The notes below the pieces were generated by a model. That model saw only the letters and a list, made by a program, of their open reading frames with translations. It was not told where the DNA came from and did not search any database. Both the position numbers and the translations under genes were made by a program. From Myxococcota bacterium (lineage in GTDB: Bacteria > Myxococcota_C > UBA6777): a DNA stretch of 20,000 bases. The stretch spans positions 170,728 to 190,727 of the forward strand of contig JAKLKB010000002.1 in the NCBI GenBank assembly GCA_023150835.1, in the 5' to 3' direction. Shown here one piece after another: positions 1 to 7,708 of this stretch (its first letter is position 1; each line of letters opens with the position of its first letter).

Positions 1-74
1 TTGATCGAGCCTCTTGCTCCCGCCCTTTCCGCCTCTGTTGATCGAGCCTCTTGCTTCCGCCCTTTCCACCTCTC
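1..74. repeat. 37-bp tandem duplication (2 copies, may continue upstream of the window)
   Basis: ttgatcgagcctcttgctcccgccctttccgcctctg (1-37) followed by ttgatcgagcctcttgcttccgccctttccacctctc (38-74), 3 mismatches. Confidence 0.9.
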
Positions 75-536
75 CCACTTCATCTCTCCCCCGCCTGATC
101 TGCCCGCTCTCCAAACCTTCTTCCCTACAACCCTTCTTGCTCTCGCCTCAAAACGCTCTCGCTGTGTTGTCAAAAGTACACTGTGAAAATGCCGTTGCAC
201 GCGCTCTCCATCACAACACACGACAAAAACCCCGTCGAAACGCTCGAATGCTTCGTATGGATCGCACCGTCCGCTGTTTTCGACGTCGGCGATCGCACAC
301 AACGAATACATCCTCCTTCACAATAACCTATCCAAAAGAAACACCTTTTTCTTTCTCTCGATCACATTTCTGAGGTGGTCTTGTTCTTGCTTTGGTGCAC
401 GCCGCCTTCCGAAAAGCAAATACTCGTTTAAAACAACGGATACAAGGCGAAGGCGCACAAGCCAAACAAGAAACTCAGCACAAAGGACGCCTCCCAAAGC
501 GCCCTCTGTGGCTCTCTCCATCCTAAAGGAAAGAAT

Positions 537-1967
537 ATGCGTGTAGATGTTGTGATCGTCGGTGCGGGCGTTGCGGGTGCAGCCTTGGCGACGGCGTTGG
601 GTCGTGCAGGTTTTCAGGTCGCCTTGATCGACCGTAGCCCTCATATTCCCGAAGTAATCGCTGGAGAACTCCTCCAACCGGGAGGATTCCAAGCCCTTGA
701 ATCGCTCCATCTCGAAGAAGCGGTCGAAGCCATCGACGCTCAAAAGATCATCGGCTTTTCTGTCCTCCAAGGCGAAGAAGGCCAAGCCCTCGCCTACCCC
801 CCACGCAGCGAAAGCAAAGAACACCCCCACGCCGAAACCAAAGGCTACGCTTTCCGCCATCACCGTTTTGTGGGCCGCTTGCGCACACTCGCTCAAGAAA
901 CCCCTCATGTTCGCTTTCTGATCGGTCAAGTCAGCGATCTGATCATCGAACAGGGCCGTGTGCGAGGTCTGTGTTATCGGGACGCTGAGGAAAAACAACA
1001 AACGATCTACGCCGATCTGACCGTTGCAGCCGATGGACGGGCCTCTCGATTGCGCAGCCAACTCAGCCAAGGCGCACAGCCCGAACAAGTCTCGTATTCG
1101 ATCGGCGTCTTGCTCAAAGATGTCCCCCTTCCTTTTCCACAACACGGACATGTCTTCCTTACCCAACCTGCCCCCACGCTCGCTTATCCTATCGCAACCC
1201 ACGCGATCCGCCTGCTTGTCGACTTCCCGGGAAAACTCCCCAAACAAAGCAACGGCGAGATGGCCGATTATCTGCTCTCTTCGCTACTTCCGCAGATGCC
1301 CGCCTCCCTCCACGACGCCATCCGCCGCGCCGTCGAAGAGGGAGCCATCCAAACCATGCAAAATATCCGTATGCGCCCTCCTAGCCCCACCCTCCACGGA
1401 GCCGTCCTGCTCGGCGATGCCTACAATATGCGCCATCCCATGACAGGTTCCGGGATGACCGTCGCCCTCAACGATGTCCGCTTGCTCGTTGAAGCCCTTC
1501 AATCCGCCCACTTTCATCACCCCCCTGCTCTCGACAAAGCCATCCAAAGCTTCTACCAAAAACGCGAATCTCTCGCTGCAACCGTCGATATGCTTGCTGG
1601 CGCTCTCTACGAGATCTTTCGCGCCAAGGATACCACCCACGCCCTGATGCGCGATGCCGTCTTGCGTTATTGGCAACTCGGAGGCTTCGCCGTTTCTGGA
1701 CCCATGTCTCTGCTCTCAGGCATGGCCCCCAAACCCTTGATGCTGCTCACACACTTCTTTGCTGTGGCCTTCATCGAAGCCGGCCAACGCTTGTTGCGCG
1801 CCCCCACCCAACCCCAACGCATCTTCCGCGACTTACAAGATGTTTTTCGCCTTGTATCGGGCGCATTCACGATCATACAACCCCAGATCCCACGTGGGCT
1901 GCGCATCTTTTCTCCCCTCGCCACCGCACTCTATCCCACCCCGCTCTCTTCCCAAACCAAAGGCTAA
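537..1967 (+). CDS. Squalene monooxygenase (squalene epoxidase, SQLE/ERG1 family FAD monooxygenase)
   Basis: Rossmann motif IVGAGVAG; GELLQPGG; TVAADG; GDAYNMRHPMTGSGMTVALND; C-terminal LAGALYEIF...GPMSLLSG...HFFAVA, all typical of SQLE/ERG1. SD-like aaggaaag just before ATG 537. Confidence 0.9.
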   Translation: MRVDVVIVGAGVAGAALATALGRAGFQVALIDRSPHIPEVIAGELLQPGGFQALESLHLEEAVEAIDAQKIIGFSVLQGEEGQALAYPPRSESKEHPHAETKGYAFRHHRFVGRLRTLAQETPHVRFLIGQVSDLIIEQGRVRGLCYRDAEEKQQTIYADLTVAADGRASRLRSQLSQGAQPEQVSYSIGVLLKDVPLPFPQHGHVFLTQPAPTLAYPIATHAIRLLVDFPGKLPKQSNGEMADYLLSSLLPQMPASLHDAIRRAVEEGAIQTMQNIRMRPPSPTLHGAVLLGDAYNMRHPMTGSGMTVALNDVRLLVEALQSAHFHHPPALDKAIQSFYQKRESLAATVDMLAGALYEIFRAKDTTHALMRDAVLRYWQLGGFAVSGPMSLLSGMAPKPLMLLTHFFAVAFIEAGQRLLRAPTQPQRIFRDLQDVFRLVSGAFTIIQPQIPRGLRIFSPLATALYPTPLSSQTKG

Positions 1968-1998
1968 CACCAAATCCGCCCGTTGTATGACCGTAAAG

Positions 1999-2264
1999 AC
2001 GTAGGGGCAGCCCCCATAGGCGTTAGGTGAAGCGGAGGAAAGCCCCCCACCCCGCCCTCCCCCGTGAACAGGGGAGGGAGCGAAAGTCGGAAGCATCGGG
2101 GATTTTGTTTTTTCATGACGCACGCTGTATGCACCAAATGCAGACGCTGCCCCAACTTCCCCCCGTTCACGGGGGGATTGAGGGGGGGAGAAAAAAAAAG
2201 GCGATCAAGACCGACTCTACGAGGTTTCCACCTTAACAAGACGCGTATGGGGGCAGCCCCCGTG
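1999..2264. repeat. Nested inverted-repeat (REPIN/MITE-like) element
   Basis: Outer pair gtaggggcagcccccataggcgt (2001-2023) vs acgcgtatgggggcagcccccgtg (2241-2264). Inner pair ...ctcccccgtgaacaggggag (within 2043-2080) vs cttccccccgttcacggggggattgagggggggag (2156-2190). Confidence 0.7.
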
Positions 2265-2284
2265 ATTATTTGATCCAACGAATT

Positions 2285-2338
2285 CATTCCGTACATTCCG
2301 TACATTCCGTACATTCCGTACATTCCGTACATTCCGTG
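2285..2338. repeat. 9-bp tandem repeat (cattccgta) x6
   Basis: Five perfect cattccgta copies plus cattccgtg. Confidence 0.95.
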
Positions 2339-2736
2339 CTTTGCGAAGCGCGCAACTCCCGTTGGTCGTTGTCCGTGGACTCTTCTTTTCGGTATCCTCT
2401 GCGTGATGCCCGCGTTTTGTACCCACATCACACAACGGGCGGATCTCGTATCACACCAACGCACAAGCTATGGAGCCCCTCCCCACGCAGCCCACCCCAC
2501 GCAAAGAAGCAACACCCGCCACCACCGATGTTGGTGATGCTCACCACGCTCCATGCTGGCAACGCACACCATGAGCGATGTTGTTGACCTCGCAAGGTGT
2601 TTTGTGCTTTTCTGTCGGCCACTCTCGCGCCGACCTCACACAAACACTTCGTTCCAACAACGTTGTACACGCGGCCCACAAACCAACACAACTCATCTAT
2701 CACCCTACAACCTTCGGCTGTATCGCAGGCTTTTTG

Positions 2737-4032
2737 ATGAAATCACTCAACCATCTACCCCAACCCCCATCCCCAACCTCTTCCTCCCACACAAGCCCTT
2801 TCTTTCATGCGCAATACCTCGAACGATCCGAGCATTACGCGTATGCCGCCACCTTTTCTATTAGTTGGCTGTTTCTGTTCGGGCTTTTGGCGCTTGGCCT
2901 TGGCATCGCCTACTGGTCTTTGGCAGCGTGGGAAACCTACTTCGTCAACGACCCCTATTACAGGGAGCTACGAGATCTCACGGCGATCGCAAACGCCACC
3001 ACTGCCCTTGTGGTCACTCTCCCTCCGCTGATCCTGCTCCAACTACTTTTCCACTCCACCACGCCTTGGGTTCAACGCGCACAAGCCTATTATGGCGGGC
3101 TTTGGGTGGCTTGGTGGCTGACGCTTTGGATCGGTATGGGCCTTCCCTTCGGCGGTTCCGCTGGAACTCTCTCGATCCTCTCTGTCGCTGCGCTCCTGAC
3201 GCTCGTTGATCAACGCCGCAATCTTCTGCTCAACAAACAAGCCCCCATCCTCGGTGCGATCGCGCTTTTGCTCGCGGGCCTACTTTCCTTTCCGATCTTT
3301 GGAGCCCTCCTCTGGAAAGCTGCCCCTTGGCTGGCCCTACTCTTGGGCTTTATCGCGATGCGCACCTTCCCCTTCAAAGACGATCCTCGCGGCATCTTTG
3401 TGATCTCTGCGTTGTTTGTGTTTAGCTTTGGCCCTTGGCTCACTACACACCCCCGTTATACGGGGTTTTTGAGCCTCGCTCGTTACAACGCTCTCGACGA
3501 CTCCGCCGCACAACACGCCCTCCGCTCCCTCCACACAGATCACAAACACCTTCCCTCCCTCCGCTTTTACGCCATGCTCTACCCCCTCACCAAATCCCCT
3601 TCCCTCCGACCCCAAACCACTCGCCTGTTGCTCGTGCATTGGTCACAAAATCCCAACCATCGGCCTTTTCCAACAGCCTTCCTCCGCCAACATTGCACAG
3701 CCCTCGATCTCCCCACCCTCCAAAAACAACTCCATGACTCCATACTCCAAAAACGCCTACTCACCGAGCTCTTCGCCTACCTCCGCTCCCCTCAAACACG
3801 CGACGACGCCCGTTGGCTTCTGCTTGCTCTCCAAAAAAGCTGGCCTCACCATCACCACGCCTTCCAAACACACCTTCAACCCGCCACTTTCAAACCTTCC
3901 CCTCACCTCTTTCCTCCACCTCGCATACACGCATCCCTCAAAACAGCCCTTCCCTCCGCCACTTCCAAACCCACATCCCTCAAAACAGCCCTTCCCTCCG
4001 CCACTTCCAAACCCACGACGCAAAGGAAATAG
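2737..4032 (+). CDS. Hypothetical multi-pass membrane protein (paralog of the downstream gene)
   Basis: Long ORF (2578..4032; ATG 2737 chosen, start uncertain) with about 6-7 hydrophobic segments then a helical Leu/His/Gln-rich region. Shares motifs with 4038..5972. Confidence 0.7.
   Translation: MKSLNHLPQPPSPTSSSHTSPFFHAQYLERSEHYAYAATFSISWLFLFGLLALGLGIAYWSLAAWETYFVNDPYYRELRDLTAIANATTALVVTLPPLILLQLLFHSTTPWVQRAQAYYGGLWVAWWLTLWIGMGLPFGGSAGTLSILSVAALLTLVDQRRNLLLNKQAPILGAIALLLAGLLSFPIFGALLWKAAPWLALLLGFIAMRTFPFKDDPRGIFVISALFVFSFGPWLTTHPRYTGFLSLARYNALDDSAAQHALRSLHTDHKHLPSLRFYAMLYPLTKSPSLRPQTTRLLLVHWSQNPNHRPFPTAFLRQHCTALDLPTLQKQLHDSILQKRLLTELFAYLRSPQTRDDARWLLLALQKSWPHHHHAFQTHLQPATFKPSPHLFPPPRIHASLKTALPSATSKPTSLKTALPSATSKPTTQRK
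3932..4015 (+). repeat. Perfect 42-bp tandem duplication at CDS 3' end (SLKTALPSATSKPT x2)
   Basis: catccctcaaaacagcccttccctccgccacttccaaaccca twice. Confidence 0.95.
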
Positions 4033-4037
4033 CCTTC

Positions 4038-5972
4038 ATGCACAACGAGACACGGGCTTTCATGCGCCCAAACGGCTTTTTTTGGCTTTCTCTTGTGGTG
4101 ATGGCGGCTGGTTTGGGTTTTTGGGGTCATCTGCATTGGCAAAGCCCGCCTTGGCATGACCAAGCCTCCCTTCCATTGAGGCTTTCCGCGATCGGTGGGC
4201 ATGCTCTCTGCGGTGCGTTGTTGATCGGTTTTTTCGTGGGCTTGGCCCCCCTCTCTTTGCGTGCCGCGATCCTTGAACACCCGCGCCTTTTTGCGATATC
4301 GCGAGGATATCTCTTGCTTTGGTGGTGCGTGGCGTGGGCGGGCATGGGCCTTCCGTTGTTTGGGTGGGCGGGGATTCTTGTCTGGGGGGTGTGCGCCTTG
4401 GTATATGCTTCCCATCAAAACCGCGAAGCGAGCTACGCTGAGACCTTACAAGCCGCCCTTCCCTTCGGTGTTTTGGGTGGAATGATGATCCAGTTCGCTC
4501 CTGCTGCTTTGGCGTGGCTTTGGTGGATCGCCCCTTGGTTCGGGCTTATTCTAGCACTATGCAGTCTCCCGCTTTGGCGCTGGACCTCCGATACGCGAGG
4601 GGCCTTGCTTGGGATCTTGCTTCTGCTCTTTGGGCTTGGCCCTTGGCTCGCTCGTGAACAGCGATACACAAACGCCCTCTCTCTCGCCCAATCTTCCGAT
4701 CTTCAACCCGCGACTCTCCGCCCTTTCCTTCGCCGTCTCGTCCAAGAAACCGCGATCCCCACCTCTCACACTCAAAAGCTCTTCGGTCTCTTTGTGGCTC
4801 GGCCCAATACACAACACGAAGCCCTCCGCTGTCTTCTCCTCCATTGGACCCGCCGATCGACCCCTTCTGCTCTTCCGCAACCCCTCCTTCAACAGATCAC
4901 TTGGAACGCACGCACCGAACGCCTCTTGCGCGAACAACTGCTCCCGCACCCTTCCCATCAAGCGGCTCTACGACAACAAGCCCTCGCCCTGCTTTCTTCT
5001 CCCCAAGACGCTCCGCTCGCAGCGCATCTGTTGTCTTTCTTTGCTCGCCACCTCCCACAACATCGCCCCATACTCTCCGCTTCGATCTCCACCCTTTACT
5101 TCTCTTCCACACACCAAGATCCCCTTTACATCGACCTTCTCCGATCACTGCTCCAACCCATACACGGAAAAGACGCATCCATCGCGCTTTTGCGCTTCTT
5201 TTTTCAGCACCACCCCCAACAGCCCGACGCCCAAAAACAACAATGGCTCCGCGCTCTCCTTTCCTTAAACGCCCAAGACACCGCACTCTTGCGACGCACC
5301 TTCTCCGAACCCATCCGCGCACAGATCCGACAGCACTTGCGATCCCTCGACACACCACAACAGATCCTTGGGATGCAGCTACTCGCCCACCTCGGCCACT
5401 CCGACTCCGAGTGGCTCGCCACCTTTTGGGATACCCTGCCCCCCTCTTTTTTGGACACCAAGCTGCGCCATCCTCATCCTTCTTTGCGCGCCTACGCCCA
5501 CGCCCTGCGTTTCCAGCAATGGGCCTCTTACCCCTTACGCAACCAACAACTCCTCCAAGCCCTCCGAGATCCCTCCCCGCTCGTCCGACACCTCGCCCTC
5601 TCCGCCTTCCCTTCCATCCACCAACAACTCCAACACATCGCTCCGCTCGCCCCCATCGATCCTCGCCTCCATCCCTTGCTCTTCCAAACTGCCCTTCAAG
5701 CACTCCGCGCACAACCCCAAGATATCGAACCCATCGCTTACACCCTCTCCCGTCTCCACCTCACAACCACCCAAAAACAACAAGCCTTCTCCGCTGCCAA
5801 AACACTCCTCCCCCTCCAACAAGCCCGATCTGCCCGTTTTCTCCGCTCTCTCTTTGCTCTGCTCGCCACCCTCGAACCCCAACCCACCACACGCCCCACC
5901 ACGCAACCTATCACGCGCCCCACCACACAACCCATCACGCGCCCCACCGCACGCCCCGCCCCAGCACGATAA
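4038..5972 (+). CDS. Hypothetical multi-pass membrane protein with C-terminal HEAT/ARM-like helical region
   Basis: ATG 4038 with SD-like aaggaaa, 5 nt after the previous stop. N-terminal TM segments. HEAT-like motifs LLQALRDPSPLVRHLALSAF and LRHPHPSLRAYA. PTTRPTTQPITR repeat tail. Confidence 0.75.
   Translation: MHNETRAFMRPNGFFWLSLVVMAAGLGFWGHLHWQSPPWHDQASLPLRLSAIGGHALCGALLIGFFVGLAPLSLRAAILEHPRLFAISRGYLLLWWCVAWAGMGLPLFGWAGILVWGVCALVYASHQNREASYAETLQAALPFGVLGGMMIQFAPAALAWLWWIAPWFGLILALCSLPLWRWTSDTRGALLGILLLLFGLGPWLAREQRYTNALSLAQSSDLQPATLRPFLRRLVQETAIPTSHTQKLFGLFVARPNTQHEALRCLLLHWTRRSTPSALPQPLLQQITWNARTERLLREQLLPHPSHQAALRQQALALLSSPQDAPLAAHLLSFFARHLPQHRPILSASISTLYFSSTHQDPLYIDLLRSLLQPIHGKDASIALLRFFFQHHPQQPDAQKQQWLRALLSLNAQDTALLRRTFSEPIRAQIRQHLRSLDTPQQILGMQLLAHLGHSDSEWLATFWDTLPPSFLDTKLRHPHPSLRAYAHALRFQQWASYPLRNQQLLQALRDPSPLVRHLALSAFPSIHQQLQHIAPLAPIDPRLHPLLFQTALQALRAQPQDIEPIAYTLSRLHLTTTQKQQAFSAAKTLLPLQQARSARFLRSLFALLATLEPQPTTRPTTQPITRPTTQPITRPTARPAPAR
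5880..5958 (+). repeat. ~24-bp degenerate coding repeat (QPITRPTT-like) at CDS 3' end
   Basis: QPTTRPTTQPITRPTTQPITRPTARP. Confidence 0.85.
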
Positions 5973-5976
5973 ATGT

Positions 5977-7023
5977 CTACTTGATACAACGCAACAGCCC
6001 GACATCGCAGCGTTGGCCGGTTGCGCAGTCGCTGTCCTGCAAGCAACCGAGACACACGCGGCGCTGGCCGAAGGTCAAGCATTTGTCGTAGCCAACAGCA
6101 ACGCATTGGCTATCGTTGTTGCAAGGACGTGCTTGACATTCTCCTCCGAGGCAGCGGGGAAATCCTGACGCACAATCGGCGTCCTTCGTGCATTGAACGC
6201 AGCGCTTTTCGGTCGAACAAAATGGCAGAGCGATCGAACAATCGCTGGCGTCTTTGCACCCACACGATCCCTCGACACATCGGGGCTTTTGCGGATCACC
6301 AAGACAATCGTCTGCGCTCGTACATTCGACACAAGCCCCTTCGTTGCAACGCTTCCCCTCGCCACAGTCTTGGTCTTTCTCGCACGCAGGCTTGCAAGTC
6401 CATGTCTTCTCATCGCACTTTGGCGTAGGTGCTTTGCAGTCTGCGCTCGTCACACATTGCACGCAAAACAGCGCTCCACTCGAATCTTTGCGACACTTTT
6501 GACCTGTGGGGCAAGAGCAACCCGCACAGATCCCGCTCAAACATTGGGGGGCATTTTCGCTTGAACAATCCCGATCATCGCGGCATTGCACGCACACATT
6601 GGACTCACAATAACTGCGATCCTTGCTGCTACAATCCCCGTTGCCTCGGCATTGCACACACACGCCTGTTTGACAAAAAGGTCGTGCCGTTCCGCAATCG
6701 CTATCCGCGATGCACTCAAAGTCTCGCTTACACAAGTTGCACACAAGGCAAGTTTTGGCGGTGGGACGACCATCGCTGTTGTTTTGGCGCTCCCAACATT
6801 CCCCGCACAATCGGGCTTTTTCGCGCTCCAATGTACACGTTCGCACCGTACTCCACTTGTTGTTCGAGTCGTAAGTATAAGTGATCTTGCAAGTGCCTTC
6901 GTATTCGCAACGATTGTCTTCTTCTTTTTCGCTTGGTTGGCAGGCCCCCGCCCACACAACAAACCACCACGCGATCAGAGATATCCGCAACCACCGAATG
7001 TTCTGGATGGATCTAGGCTGCAT
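5977..7023 (-). CDS. Cys-rich repeat lipoprotein (myxobacterial type)
   Basis: Signal peptide with lipobox-like WAGA-C. About 10 repeats of a CVQCxxDxDCxxxxPxCxxGxC-like unit. Confidence 0.8.
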   Translation of the reverse strand: MQPRSIQNIRWLRISLIAWWFVVWAGACQPSEKEEDNRCEYEGTCKITYTYDSNNKWSTVRTCTLEREKARLCGECWERQNNSDGRPTAKTCLVCNLCKRDFECIADSDCGTARPFCQTGVCVQCRGNGDCSSKDRSYCESNVCVQCRDDRDCSSENAPQCLSGICAGCSCPTGQKCRKDSSGALFCVQCVTSADCKAPTPKCDEKTWTCKPACEKDQDCGEGKRCNEGACVECTSADDCLGDPQKPRCVEGSCGCKDASDCSIALPFCSTEKRCVQCTKDADCASGFPRCLGGECQARPCNNDSQCVAVGYDKCLTFGQRRVCLGCLQDSDCATGQRCDVGLLRCIK

Positions 7024-7095
7024 CAAGCGCTCTTTTCTTTACTTTCATGGCCCGCGTCCCTCCCCAACGGAGCCATCGCGTCCAAGGGATGGGGA

Positions 7096-7506
7096 TTAGA
7101 GGACATCGCGCCCAGTCATGGCTTTCAAATACGGCGTATTGACCGCCGTCAATTGTTGTGGGTCTGCGTAGATCTCTTCGACGTAATCACTTTCCCACAA
7201 CACTTTTTCGATCTCTTTGTTGAGGAAGTCGAGCGCAGCATCAAACACAGGAAAAGACTTCGAGTGGGCGACGGCCTCGACTGCGCGCTTGTGCGTCACT
7301 TCACCGTCGATGTTTTTTTGGAAGATCAAGCGTTCTGCTTCATTTTCCAGATCGCGGTAGCGATCGATGTAATCTTCGATGGTCGTCTCGATCTCACGAC
7401 AGAGTTTTCCCGTCGCCCCCGGGGCGATCTCCACCATCTCTTCATTCATCCAACGCTCGACCATCAGTTGAACTTGGGTATTCACACGACGGTGATCAAA
7501 ACGCAT
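7096..7506 (-). CDS. DUF507-family-like protein
   Basis: SD GGAGGA 8 nt upstream of ATG 7506. Sequence (MRF...IEDYIDRYRDLENEAERLI...VLWESDYVEEIYAD) resembles deltaproteobacterial DUF507 proteins as recalled; not searched. Confidence 0.6.
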   Translation of the reverse strand: MRFDHRRVNTQVQLMVERWMNEEMVEIAPGATGKLCREIETTIEDYIDRYRDLENEAERLIFQKNIDGEVTHKRAVEAVAHSKSFPVFDAALDFLNKEIEKVLWESDYVEEIYADPQQLTAVNTPYLKAMTGRDVL

Positions 7507-7708
7507 AATCGCCATCCTCCGCAAATGAGTAAGGGTTGAAAACTCCGAATCTATCGGTGTTTCGCGATGGCTGCCCTCGCCTCTTCTCGGAAACGGCAGC
7601 CCTACAACCTAGCACAACGGTCCGAAGGCGAGGTTCTATCGTACGCGACGAAGGCCCACCATAACCAACATCCCACAGCACGTCTAGTCTTTTTGCAAAG
7701 CGCAAGGA

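Noticed and set aside
1-74. 37-bp repeat as a CRISPR repeat
   Set aside because: The copies abut directly without a spacer.
318-1247. 309-aa minus-strand ORF
   Set aside because: Antisense shadow of the squalene monooxygenase gene.
1964-2587. ORFs with MYG/HSV/RNV repeats (1964..2464 -, 2270..2587 +, 2217..2435 -)
   Set aside because: They are translations of the 9-bp repeat and palindromic elements, with no protein-like features.
3813-4037. N-terminal extension of the 719-aa ORF overlapping the upstream gene
   Set aside because: ATG 4038 has an SD, avoids a 220-nt overlap and aligns better with the paralog.
4844-7539. Long alternative-frame ORFs (4844..6091, 5368..6168, 6586..7539)
   Set aside because: They overlap better-supported genes, and their P/R/S/T-rich composition is explained by C-rich, stop-poor sequence.
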